DNA from: a virus | IMG/VR virus record: IMGVR_UViG_3300026488_000001 | Coordinates: 1 to 64,000 of that record | Reading direction: 5' to 3' (one strand) | Length of the DNA: 64,000 nt | In this document: positions 37,322-47,089 of the stretch, piece after piece | How the letters are laid out: each line of letters opens with the position of its first letter | Numbering within the stretch: position 1 is the stretch's first letter | The notes under the pieces: model-generated | Database searches by the model: none | What the model was told of the DNA's origin: nothing | The model's input: only the letters and a program-made list of their open reading frames with translations | Made by a program: the position numbers and the translations under genes

Positions 37322-38288
37322 TCCCAAGATAGTAATAACAGAGTTTAGAAAACCTATTATCTTCATTCATACTCTAGATGAGCTTCTTTTCCATCTAAAA
37401 GAAAAGACTAAACATTTTACCCACCCTGTTGTTCGTCTTACTCCTGAGATAATTGAATGGTTTAACTCACTTCAAGAACCTTTTTATGTTCCAAAAGGTA
37501 AATATGCTAAATTCCATACAGTAATATGGAAAGAGGTTTATGGTAAAGAGGAGTGGTTTAGCTCTCAAATAATAAGAGCAAATTTAAATCCATATTACTA
37601 CTACATTAGGGGTTATACAGAAGATGAGGCTAAGGTTTTAATGGAGGAAATGCGTAAAAAGAATAGTGAAGGTGTTTCCAAAGCTTTCTCTTCTATGACT
37701 CCAGAAGAAAGAAAAGCTAAATTTGGTGTGTTTTCTGATGAATATCTGAAAAAGAAGTATGGTAAAGAAGAAGGTTATAAGAAGTGGAAAGAAAGGAATG
37801 AAAAGTGGGCTAAGACAATGTCCCAAAAAGAGAATGTTATCCCTTATGGTAGGAATGATGAGTATATAGGATTTTCTAAAATATCACAACAACTGTTTGA
37901 TAAGGTTGTTCAAAGGTTAGCTGAGTACTTCCCTATGGGAGTAATGGGAATTCAATATGCTACTTTTAAAGAGGGTAAGAAAGTTCAGGCAAAACATTTT
38001 ATGGAAAATGAGAAAAGATTTGGTACTAAGTTTGTAGACTTTTATGATGAAATATCTAATGTTGTAATAGAGTTTGATGGTGCAGAATTCCACGATGATC
38101 CTGAAAGAGATTTAAAAAGATTGGAAGTAATTTATAATGCATCAAAAGCTTTTATTCTTCGTATTCCAGAGGATTTACCAAGACGAGTAGGATTTGACAA
38201 ACTTGCTAGAGTGATAGCAGACTACTTAATAAAAGTGAGAAACTATGGCTTTAAAGAAACTGAGAATTCCAATAGGGTTACTGTTTAA
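37314..38288 (+). CDS. Free-standing Vsr/DUF559-like homing endonuclease
   Basis: SKISQQLF, ENEKRF, FVDFYDE..VVIEFDG..FH, LRIPE; KKYGKEEGYKKW repeat. Confidence 0.75.
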   Translation: MSNPKIVITEFRKPIIFIHTLDELLFHLKEKTKHFTHPVVRLTPEIIEWFNSLQEPFYVPKGKYAKFHTVIWKEVYGKEEWFSSQIIRANLNPYYYYIRGYTEDEAKVLMEEMRKKNSEGVSKAFSSMTPEERKAKFGVFSDEYLKKKYGKEEGYKKWKERNEKWAKTMSQKENVIPYGRNDEYIGFSKISQQLFDKVVQRLAEYFPMGVMGIQYATFKEGKKVQAKHFMENEKRFGTKFVDFYDEISNVVIEFDGAEFHDDPERDLKRLEVIYNASKAFILRIPEDLPRRVGFDKLARVIADYLIKVRNYGFKETENSNRVTV

Positions 38289-40203
38289 AAAGTTAGGAAT
38301 AGAACATAACCCTGATAAGGAAGAGCAAGTTCATAACCCTCCTTGCGATGTTTATATTTCTACTCCAGAAAACAACTTGGCTAAAGTAAATTTCTTTGTA
38401 ACTAAAGAAACTGAAGTATGTGAATATGAATTAGAGAACGGTTCTACTCTTATAACCTCAACTAAACATATAGTACTAGAGAATGGAAAAGAAACTTTCA
38501 TAGATAAAGCTGAGTCAGTAGATAATGTAGATGGTAAGTCTTATAAGATATGTACTAAGAGGTATAGAGGCAAAGAGGTAGCTTATGACTTAAGTATAGA
38601 CTATCCTCACCTTTACATTACTCCTGATGGGTCTATTCATCATAATACTACGATAGCAAGAATTGTTTTGCTATATGATCTTTATAAACTTCTCTTATTA
38701 AGAGATCCTCACAAAAAATTTAACCTAATACCTACTGATAGAATAGTTATAGCTCTCTTCAACGCTACATTAGGACTAGCTGATCAGGTTTTATATGAAC
38801 CATTTAAAAACCTAATAGCCAATTCAGAATTTTTCCAAGAACACTTAGATGCTGAAAATAAGAAAACATCAGAGATTAGGTTTGTTAACAACATAGGTAT
38901 AGTAGCAGGTTCAAGATTTACTCATACCCTTGGTATGGCTGTATTTGGAGGTTTATTAGACGAAGCTAATTTTGATGTAATATCTAATCAAGCTCAGGAA
39001 AGTTATAATGCACTTCTTAGAAGAATGGAATCAAGGTTTGCTCAGGCTGGTGGCAAACTTCCTGGACATCTTTGCCTTGTTTCTTCTGAAAAGAGTCCTA
39101 CCGATTTTGTTTCTCAACACAGAGAAAAAGTAAGAGGAAAACAAGGAGTAATAATCTTTCAATATCCTATATGGGAAGTTAAAAAACATTTAGGTATCTA
39201 CTCAGGTAAAACCTTCAAAGTATTTATAGGAGATGAAACTACTGATCCATTCATAATAGAAGATGAATCTCAACTACAATATATAGATGAAACCAAAGTA
39301 ATAGATGTTCCAATAGAGTTAAAAGATAAATTTGAACTAGACTTACATAATGCTATAAGAGACTTAGCTGGTTATTCAGTAGGTTCAACTCATAGAATTT
39401 TTAAATCTAAAAACATACTCATAAAACAAGCATCCGTTATTAACCCTGTTAACCAACAGATAATAAGACTTTCCTTTAATGACAAATCAGATGTCTTAAT
39501 TAACTACTTCAACATAAACTACCTAAAGAACCCACTCTTTAAAGAATGTCCAAGAGTTATCCATATAGACCTTTCTATAACAGGAGACAGAACAGGTATA
39601 GCTTCAGGTTACATAAAAGGTTACAAAACAATAGAAAGAGTTGATCCACTAACCTTAGAAAAACATATTTTCTCTGAACCAGAAGTAGTTATTGATTTTG
39701 TAACCTATATAGAACCTTTACCAGGAGAGAGAATTCCATTTTACAAGATAAGACAATTCATAGTAGATTTATCAAGAATAGGTTACCCAGTAGCAATGGT
39801 AACTACTGACGGATTCCAATCTGAAGATATGAGACAACAGTTAACTCAAATGGGTTATAAAACTGCTTTACTATCAGTAGATAGAACTAAAGACCCTTAC
39901 CTTTCCTTTAGAGATGCTATATATGAAGAAAGAGTTTGGATACCTAAACACGACTTACTGATTAAAGAACTATTACATGTAGAAGATATAGGTAAGAAGA
40001 TAGACCATCCTCAAGAGTTTCCTGATGGTACTAAAGGTAGTAAGGATGGTGCTGATGCAGTAGTAGGAGTTTACTGGAACTTGGTAACTAATAAAGATTT
40101 AATTAAACAATTAGCTTTCCAAAGAATTCATAAAACAGAAGTCAAAGAAGAAGAACAAAGGCAAAGTGTAGCAAATCTTTTTTGGAAAGATCAAATAGAT
40201 TAG
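38245..40203 (+). CDS. terL: 134-aa C-intein fragment (38245-38646) fused to terminase large subunit C-extein
   Basis: Block B ITSTKHIV, block F AYDLSI..PHLY, HHN/TT; Walker B LLDEANF; nuclease HIDLS and DGADA. Confidence 0.9.
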   Translation: MALKKLRIPIGLLFKKLGIEHNPDKEEQVHNPPCDVYISTPENNLAKVNFFVTKETEVCEYELENGSTLITSTKHIVLENGKETFIDKAESVDNVDGKSYKICTKRYRGKEVAYDLSIDYPHLYITPDGSIHHNTTIARIVLLYDLYKLLLLRDPHKKFNLIPTDRIVIALFNATLGLADQVLYEPFKNLIANSEFFQEHLDAENKKTSEIRFVNNIGIVAGSRFTHTLGMAVFGGLLDEANFDVISNQAQESYNALLRRMESRFAQAGGKLPGHLCLVSSEKSPTDFVSQHREKVRGKQGVIIFQYPIWEVKKHLGIYSGKTFKVFIGDETTDPFIIEDESQLQYIDETKVIDVPIELKDKFELDLHNAIRDLAGYSVGSTHRIFKSKNILIKQASVINPVNQQIIRLSFNDKSDVLINYFNINYLKNPLFKECPRVIHIDLSITGDRTGIASGYIKGYKTIERVDPLTLEKHIFSEPEVVIDFVTYIEPLPGERIPFYKIRQFIVDLSRIGYPVAMVTTDGFQSEDMRQQLTQMGYKTALLSVDRTKDPYLSFRDAIYEERVWIPKHDLLIKELLHVEDIGKKIDHPQEFPDGTKGSKDGADAVVGVYWNLVTNKDLIKQLAFQRIHKTEVKEEEQRQSVANLFWKDQID

Positions 40204-40315
40204 TAATACTAATTAGGTAAATAGTAATACCAAGTATCACTTCTTTTGATTGATTATAGGAAATTTTAAATCAAGATATTACTAAGTATTACGATTTACT
40301 TAAAAAGTAATACTA
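40201..40315. repeat. 115-bp imperfect palindromic repeat, copy 1
   Basis: Near-identical to 53311-53425. Confidence 0.9.
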
Positions 40316-40327
40316 CAAAGGAAGATA

Positions 40328-41803
40328 ATGATGGGATTGCTTTCAAAAATATTAAGTGGACTCGGTTTAGACTTTTATCCTGAGCTTAACGAACAAGTTA
40401 ATACTACTTCTTACCAACCTAAACAAGACCAAGTTAAATTTGATAAGTCAGATTTTAGGATTGTATCAGAACTTGTATCTAAGTATCTTGAAGTAACAAA
40501 GAACTTTCAAGGATTTTACAAGGAAATAGAAAGAGTAAGGGAAACTTACATAGCAGAAGTAATACTAGATCAATTTACTTTTGATGCTTTAACTCCAGAT
40601 GTTTCATCTGACAATATAATAGATATAGTTCCTAACATTGACTCTAAGGAAATAGAAAAAGGTTTAGAAGATTTCCAAGAAAAGATAAATGTAGACAGAT
40701 TAGTTCAAGATATAACTCCTGATTTAATAGCTTTTGGAACATACACAGTTAAACCTGTTATTGAAGAAGGAGAAGGATTAGTAGAAATAAAGGATGAAGA
40801 ATTACCTTATGAAGTAATTCCGTTCTATAAGGGAACTGAAATTGAATTTTATCTGAAACTTAATGAGAAAGGACAACCTGAATTTTATCAACCTTATGAG
40901 TATGTAACATTTTTTGTTAATGCAAGAAGAATAAGGGTAAGGATTGATAAATCCATAATAAGAAACTTACCACAAGATAAACTTGATAAGATTCCTACTT
41001 TCCTTAAGGTAGGAACTCCTCTCTTTACAACAGGTGTTATAAAGAAGATTAAAGAACTTGACTTACTTGAAAAGCTAATACCTGCATCTAAAATTCAAAT
41101 GCTTTCTAAAGGCAATGTAGTAGGCGTATATGTTCCACCTTCAATGTCTCCAGATGAAGCTCTAAGTTTTGCTAAGCAACTTGAAAGGAAACTCAACTCT
41201 TTAGGTATATCAGTAGATAAAGATTTAGATCAACTCTCAATAACTGAAATACTTAAAGGTGCTGGTAGAATAAAAGTAATACCTGTTACATCAGAAAAAG
41301 GTCAAGTTACTAAACTCGATTATAAACCAGAAGAACCAAATGATTTATTAAATTCTATACAAGATTTAAGACAAGTAATCCTTACTTCCGTTGGGATACC
41401 TCCTGAACTCATATTCAATACTGGTAATAATACTAAAGGAGAAACTCTTAAGAGATATAGCAGGTATTTAAGGAAACTGAAATATATTCAAAAAGCTATT
41501 GTAGATGGATTGAGAGAATTAGTAATGTTACATCTTATCAATAAAGGTATTTCAGTTACTCCAGAAGACTTTTCAGTTAGATTTGCTAATACTCTCGTAA
41601 ACATAGATGATTTAGACAAAATTGAGTTTCAAGTTACAGTCGCTCAAAACCTTTCTGATTTGAATAGATTTGTTCAAGATTTAGGACAAGATGATAATCT
41701 TTCTCAGTATGTCGATTATGAAGGTTTTGCTGAATTCTTAAACCAAGAACTTACAAAGATTGGACTCGACAAGGTGATAAAGTTACCAGGAGAAGAACAA
41801 TGA
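40328..41803 (+). CDS. Portal protein (T4 gp20-like)
   Basis: Position after terL, 491 aa, ILTSVGIPPELI, RYSRYLRKLKYIQ. Confidence 0.8.
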   Translation: MMGLLSKILSGLGLDFYPELNEQVNTTSYQPKQDQVKFDKSDFRIVSELVSKYLEVTKNFQGFYKEIERVRETYIAEVILDQFTFDALTPDVSSDNIIDIVPNIDSKEIEKGLEDFQEKINVDRLVQDITPDLIAFGTYTVKPVIEEGEGLVEIKDEELPYEVIPFYKGTEIEFYLKLNEKGQPEFYQPYEYVTFFVNARRIRVRIDKSIIRNLPQDKLDKIPTFLKVGTPLFTTGVIKKIKELDLLEKLIPASKIQMLSKGNVVGVYVPPSMSPDEALSFAKQLERKLNSLGISVDKDLDQLSITEILKGAGRIKVIPVTSEKGQVTKLDYKPEEPNDLLNSIQDLRQVILTSVGIPPELIFNTGNNTKGETLKRYSRYLRKLKYIQKAIVDGLRELVMLHLINKGISVTPEDFSVRFANTLVNIDDLDKIEFQVTVAQNLSDLNRFVQDLGQDDNLSQYVDYEGFAEFLNQELTKIGLDKVIKLPGEEQ

Positions 41804-42393
41804 AACTTATAAAAGAACTTAATCAACTTTTAGAAGACCTATCAAGTTTAGGTGTTATTCCTAATAATCCATTAGCTTTAGTAACTTATCAAGATTTTGA
41901 CTTTGACCTAGATGAATTAGAACAGAGATTCCAACAAAGACTTCAATCTTTAGGTTATGACGACATACAAGTTCAAATATTGAACTTTGATCCTGATACA
42001 GGTGATTTACTAATCAAGTTTATTAATCCTGAAAACCAAGAAGATGTAGAAGTGTTATTTACAGTAACAGAAGATGGAATACTCGCTGTAGTAGTAAGTG
42101 AAGACGACGAACATATTGAAGTAAACCTTTCTAACTTGAATGTTCCATTAGTAGAATATGTTTTACAGGTTGGTATTGATTGGGACGAACCTTTAACTTG
42201 GTTAACAAAGTCAGTATTAACAGCACTCCTTGAAGCAGGTAGATTGGTAGAATCTTATTCTCCTGTCAGAGGTAAAAGAAAAGAGAAACTTCCTCTTATA
42301 AGGAAAGGGACTTCTGAACAAGCTAAAGTTAATCTAAAAAGGATTAAGGTTAAGAAATGTGTTAGAAAAGGTAAGTTAAGGAAAAGGAAGTAA
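41800..42393 (+). CDS. Head-associated hypothetical protein with shared leader
   Basis: MKLIKELNQLLE; acidic body and basic tail. Confidence 0.6.
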   Translation: MKLIKELNQLLEDLSSLGVIPNNPLALVTYQDFDFDLDELEQRFQQRLQSLGYDDIQVQILNFDPDTGDLLIKFINPENQEDVEVLFTVTEDGILAVVVSEDDEHIEVNLSNLNVPLVEYVLQVGIDWDEPLTWLTKSVLTALLEAGRLVESYSPVRGKRKEKLPLIRKGTSEQAKVNLKRIKVKKCVRKGKLRKRK

Positions 42394-42419
42394 CTTGATT
42401 ACAACAAGAGGTTACAGAT

Positions 42420-43190
42420 GTGAAATTTGTAACTGTCAAAGAAAGTGATTCAATAGAACTTATTCCTCTTGCCGATTTGCACTTAGGTTCAGAACTTACC
42501 AACCTAAGAAGAATTCATCAAATAATTGAACACATAAGAGAAAACCCAAAAGCAAGAGTAGTTATATTAGGAGACCTACTTGAATCAGCTATTATAGGAA
42601 GTAAAGGAAATCCTTATAAAGCTAAATCAATAGATGAAGAAGTAAGATTAGCAGTTTCGGTTCTTAAACCTATTAAGGATAAGATAATAGGAATAATAAG
42701 TGGAAATCATAGTAACCGTATCTCCAAAACGATAGGGCTTGATATTTTAGCTTTACTATCAAGAAAGTTAGGAATAGATCGGTATTATTCTCCAGATTTC
42801 TTAGTTTTAAGAATTTCTCTACCTAAAACAGCTTGGTATGTAGTATTACATCACGGAGTAGGTGGAGGAAGGTTAAAAGGAGGAAAGATAAATAACTTGC
42901 ACAGATTTGGTAACATTTTTCCTAATGCAGACATAATTCTAATAGGACATACTCACGATTTCATAATGACTGTTGATAAGAAATACATAATAGACAAGAA
43001 ACACAATTCAATAAAAACTCACAAAACTTTTTACATTAATGTTCCTTCTTTAGCTATGGAATACGGTGGGTATGCTTCTTCTTATGCATATCCTCCAAGT
43101 GTAACAGGAACGATCAAGATTTATCTTCCTAATATTCCAAATTCTAAGAAAAAGACCTTTGAACTAAAGGTTGAACACATATTTGTCTAA
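42420..43190 (+). CDS. Calcineurin-like metallophosphoesterase
   Basis: DLHLG, GDLLE, GNH, HHG, GHTH. Confidence 0.9.
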   Translation: MKFVTVKESDSIELIPLADLHLGSELTNLRRIHQIIEHIRENPKARVVILGDLLESAIIGSKGNPYKAKSIDEEVRLAVSVLKPIKDKIIGIISGNHSNRISKTIGLDILALLSRKLGIDRYYSPDFLVLRISLPKTAWYVVLHHGVGGGRLKGGKINNLHRFGNIFPNADIILIGHTHDFIMTVDKKYIIDKKHNSIKTHKTFYINVPSLAMEYGGYASSYAYPPSVTGTIKIYLPNIPNSKKKTFELKVEHIFV

Positions 43191-43210
43191 AGTATTAAAG
43201 GAGGATTCCA

Positions 43211-43468
43211 ATGGTACTTAAACCAAAACAAGGAAAAGTTATTATAAACTACAAAGGTAAGCAAATAGAACTTCCCACTAAAGCAACCAAAGAAATCCTT
43301 TCTATCCCTGCTGTAAAAACCTTTCTTTCTAAAGGTATTGTCGAGCTTGTAGAAGAAAAAGAAGATAAGCAAGAACAACCTAAAGTAACCAAAGAAGAGT
43401 TTAAATCAGAAGAAAAACCTAAGCAAGAGAATAAATCAAAAAGAGGTAGATCATCAAAGAAGAAATAA
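43211..43468 (+). CDS. Hypothetical protein
   Basis: GGAGG RBS; Lys/Glu-rich tail. Confidence 0.7.
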   Translation: MVLKPKQGKVIINYKGKQIELPTKATKEILSIPAVKTFLSKGIVELVEEKEDKQEQPKVTKEEFKSEEKPKQENKSKRGRSSKKK

Positions 43469-43480
43469 GAGGATTAAACT

Positions 43481-44074
43481 ATGACTCTACAAGAACTCTT
43501 TGACTTGATTCTTATTAGAACAGGTGAATTTCTTATAGGTGCTGATAATGTAGAACTCGATTTACCTAAATTTGAAGCTCTTGTTGATAAATCTCTTAAA
43601 ACCTATTCCAAGTATAAACCTAAAAGAGAGAAACTCTTCATTAATCTTGAGAACTACAAGTATACTTTTACAGATGAAATACCTAACTACATATCAGATG
43701 TAACACCTTGTTATTCTACTGTATTCAATCCACTATTACAGATAGCTAGTCAATCTGGTAATATTCCATTTATAGAGTGGGAGTATAGGAAACCTACTCT
43801 TTATGCTAACTTTAATGGAAAAGCTGAAGTTGAAGCTTGGTTTGATTGGGAAATCAAAACTGATGATTCGGGTAATAAGTATATAGAACTTGAAGATGAA
43901 CTTTTCATTGATTTAATAACGGCAGAGTTTTTGTTAGGGTTAGCAAGAAGTAGGAGAGCTTTTTCAATTCAAGAGCTTCCTATTACAAGTGATTCAGAAA
44001 TACTTGCATCTGAAGGACAAAAACTTTATGAAGATACCATTGAAACTTTAAGACAAACTTCTATTTTAATATAA
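43481..44074 (+). CDS. Neck / head-tail adaptor protein (gp13-like)
   Basis: Position; LGLARSRRAF...DSEILASEG resembles the gp13 C-terminus. Confidence 0.55.
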   Translation: MTLQELFDLILIRTGEFLIGADNVELDLPKFEALVDKSLKTYSKYKPKREKLFINLENYKYTFTDEIPNYISDVTPCYSTVFNPLLQIASQSGNIPFIEWEYRKPTLYANFNGKAEVEAWFDWEIKTDDSGNKYIELEDELFIDLITAEFLLGLARSRRAFSIQELPITSDSEILASEGQKLYEDTIETLRQTSILI

Positions 44075-44099
44075 TTAAATAATAAAAAGGAGGAAGATT

Positions 44100-44462
44100 A
44101 TGAATCTTATAAACGAATTAAATCAAATTTTGGAAACTATAATTAATGTTAAAAATACTGATGGTATTAATTTAAAGAAAGGTGATAAATTTTATTACAG
44201 GAAAGATGATGTAGTTCTTACCGTACAAGAGATAAAAGATATTTCTGGGACAAAATATGCAGTAGTTAAATCTGAAAATGGAGAAGTTTTGAAACTCCCA
44301 GTAGCTATGTTTAATTCAAGTTATGATTTTCTTGTTCCTTATGAACAATGGAAAAAAGAGTGGGAAAGAAAGGTTAGAGCTTTTGTAAATTCTATGAAAG
44401 GTAAAATGAATGATAATCAACTTAAGGAGTTAGAAAGGCAATTATTAAGTAGAATAAAATAA
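44100..44462 (+). CDS. Hypothetical protein with shared leader
   Basis: MNLINELNQILE. Confidence 0.7.
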   Translation: MNLINELNQILETIINVKNTDGINLKKGDKFYYRKDDVVLTVQEIKDISGTKYAVVKSENGEVLKLPVAMFNSSYDFLVPYEQWKKEWERKVRAFVNSMKGKMNDNQLKELERQLLSRIK

Positions 44463-44554
44463 GTATGGGTGAAATTATAAATTTATTGGGTCTCTTATTT
44501 TAATTAATTCGAAGGTTTTGTATTTTTGTTGTACTTACTATAAGGAGTAAGGTA

Positions 44555-45076
44555 ATGAGATTGATAGATGAACTTGTAGAGTTGTTTCGTTTATACGAAG
44601 AGTTAGATGATAAGAAATTGGATAAAGCAGTTAAGTGGTTTATAAGGGAAATTCTTTTCTACTTGATACCTGATTGGAAAGAAAAAGACCCTAACTTAGC
44701 TATATTCCCGAAAAAAGGAAGTAAGTATTACGAAGCTTATGTTACTATCAAGTTTACTAAAACAAGAGGTATTTGGTTAGAATTCTCAAGTAATCCATCT
44801 ATTCAATATAGAATTCTTAAAATTTGGGTAACAGCAATTGATATGGGAGATAAAATAGACTTTTCTATTTCAGTCTTTCCAGTTGAAAGAAACATACAGA
44901 AGTATATTGATGTAAATATACCAAGAAAACTATCTTTTGACATCTATGTACCAAAAGAAGAACTTGAAAAAGGAGTTTCTTCCCTTAAGTATATTGAGCC
45001 AGTTTTAAAGGAAGTAAGAGAAACAATAAAGGAGATATATGAAGGTTTGGAAAAGTTAGTTAAAAGGAAAAAGTAA
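44555..45076 (+). CDS. Hypothetical protein with shared leader
   Basis: MRLIDELVELFRLYEE. Confidence 0.7.
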   Translation: MRLIDELVELFRLYEELDDKKLDKAVKWFIREILFYLIPDWKEKDPNLAIFPKKGSKYYEAYVTIKFTKTRGIWLEFSSNPSIQYRILKIWVTAIDMGDKIDFSISVFPVERNIQKYIDVNIPRKLSFDIYVPKEELEKGVSSLKYIEPVLKEVRETIKEIYEGLEKLVKRKK

Positions 45077-45651
45077 TGGGACTTATACAAGAGGTTAATC
45101 AATTGTTGGAGAAAGTTAATAAACCAGATCCAAGACAGATAGTAGAAGTTCCGAAAAGGTTAAGAAGAAAGAATAGAGTAACATTAAAACAGATTTATTT
45201 AAATTTCCCTTACTCCGTTTATAAGTACGATCCTATTCCTCCTCAACCTGTAAAGATTAGAAGAATAGAACTAACTGAAGATGAATTAGTAATGACTGTT
45301 CACGCTTATGTTAAATCTGTTTCAAGACCAGGAAAGTATCATAGTTGTGTTTTACAGTTGGCAAGACCGAATACTAATATAGATTGGAATTGGGATTTAC
45401 CAGTAGCAGTAAGATGTTCTTGTGAGTCTTTTAGATATTTCCTAGCTTATGCTCTTTACTCTCATGGAGCTTTATTTGGTAGACCATCTCTCTGGAATAA
45501 AGTACCTGCTAAAATACGAAATCCTATGAACATCCCTCAAGTATGTTCCCATTTGTGCTTATTAACTGAATATTTAATCAAACATAAAATAATAAAAGGT
45601 AAGGTAATTTGGAATACCCTAAAATATAGGGATGGTGGTAGGAAAAAGTAA
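45076..45651 (+). CDS. SWIM zinc-finger protein with shared leader
   Basis: CSCESF...CSH; MGLIQEVNQLLE. Confidence 0.7.
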   Translation: MGLIQEVNQLLEKVNKPDPRQIVEVPKRLRRKNRVTLKQIYLNFPYSVYKYDPIPPQPVKIRRIELTEDELVMTVHAYVKSVSRPGKYHSCVLQLARPNTNIDWNWDLPVAVRCSCESFRYFLAYALYSHGALFGRPSLWNKVPAKIRNPMNIPQVCSHLCLLTEYLIKHKIIKGKVIWNTLKYRDGGRKK

Positions 45652-47054
45652 TGTTTAAAAACAAACTTTATCAAGATAAAGATTGGCTTTACCACCAATA
45701 TTGGGAATTAGGTAAATCTACCAGACAGATAGCGAAAGAATTTGGTTATGGTATTAATACAATAAGAAGGTGGATGGACAAATTTGGAATTCCAAGAAGA
45801 AGTGTTGATGAGGGAATTCAGCAAAGATTTAAAGCACCTTACAGGAATAGAGATTGGTTGTATAATGAGTTAATTATAAAAGGCAAATCAAGAATTCAAG
45901 TAGCAAGAGAGTTAGGAGTTAATAGAGAGACTATTGATAAATGGGCAAAGAAGTTTGAAATAGGTTATCCAGAGAAACTTTACCAGAATAAAGAATGGTT
46001 AGAAGAACAATATGTGAAGTTAGGAAAATCAACTATTCAGATAGCAGAAGAATTAGGAGTTTCTGAAACTGTTATATTAAAGTGGTTAAAGAGATTTGAA
46101 ATACCGATAAGAAGATGGCATAAGAAAGGAAAGTATACTAACAAAGAATGGCTTTATAATGAGTATTATGTTAAAGGAAAATCTATAAAACAAATTGCTG
46201 AAGAATGTAATGTAAAACCCTCTTCAGTTAGATATTGGTTTGATAGGTTTGGTTTTGTATCAAGAGAAAAGTTTAAACCCGTTATTGGAAAAGAGTGGTT
46301 ATACCAAGAATATGTAATTAGAAAGAAGTCAATGAAAGAAATTGCAAGAGAGTTAGGAATTCATTATAAAATTGTTTCTAATTTATTAAAACAGTACGAT
46401 ATTCCTATAAGGAATGTAAATGAAGCCGTTTCTTCTGTTTCCAACTTTTATCACAAACTTTCAGATTATTTTAGACAAGTTCTAGATGGGTCTTTAACTA
46501 AACCAAAATCTTTGAACTCTAATTCTTGTTATCAACATACTGATAAACACAAGAATTATATAGAATGGCTAAGGCAACAGTTTATTGATGAAAGTTTGGA
46601 GTGTGGTAAAATTTATGAAAAGGAATATAAAAAATTAAATGCTAAAGCATATTGTTTCTCTACAAGAAGATATCCTTGCTTAACAGAACAATATTATAGA
46701 TGGTATTCAGATAGTAAAAAGATAATACCAGATGATTTAAAACTTACTCCAACAGTTGTTCTTCATTGGTATATTGGTGATGGGAGTCTAATTAAACCAT
46801 CAAAAGGTAAACCTTTCATCCATTTCGCTACCAACTGTTTTACTTTTGAAGAGGTTAACTTTTTGGTAGATCAACTTAATGAACTTGGACTAAAAGCATA
46901 TTTAAGAACTGGAACTGAATACAGAACAAAAAGGAAATTTCCTTATATAGTTTTATCAGTAAAATCAACTTTGGATTTCTTTGATTTTATAGGTTCTTGT
47001 CCAGAACCAATTAAACAAGACTATAATTATAAATGGGAATTAATTAACCTATAA
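45651..47054 (+). CDS. Five tandem HTH repeats fused to a LAGLIDADG_2-type endonuclease domain
   Basis: Repeats Y.NKEWLY..Y...GKS..QIA.ELG....I..W...F.IP; KIIPDDL, HWYIGDGS, ATNCFT. Confidence 0.8.
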   Translation: MFKNKLYQDKDWLYHQYWELGKSTRQIAKEFGYGINTIRRWMDKFGIPRRSVDEGIQQRFKAPYRNRDWLYNELIIKGKSRIQVARELGVNRETIDKWAKKFEIGYPEKLYQNKEWLEEQYVKLGKSTIQIAEELGVSETVILKWLKRFEIPIRRWHKKGKYTNKEWLYNEYYVKGKSIKQIAEECNVKPSSVRYWFDRFGFVSREKFKPVIGKEWLYQEYVIRKKSMKEIARELGIHYKIVSNLLKQYDIPIRNVNEAVSSVSNFYHKLSDYFRQVLDGSLTKPKSLNSNSCYQHTDKHKNYIEWLRQQFIDESLECGKIYEKEYKKLNAKAYCFSTRRYPCLTEQYYRWYSDSKKIIPDDLKLTPTVVLHWYIGDGSLIKPSKGKPFIHFATNCFTFEEVNFLVDQLNELGLKAYLRTGTEYRTKRKFPYIVLSVKSTLDFFDFIGSCPEPIKQDYNYKWELINL

Positions 47055-47089
47055 ATTAAATTTAGAAGAATACACTAAAGGGCAATCCA

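Noticed and set aside
36917-40203. terL as pseudogene or interrupted by a self-splicing intron
   Set aside because: Both junctions are precise intein boundaries (Cys start, HN/T end) and there is no non-coding space for intron structure
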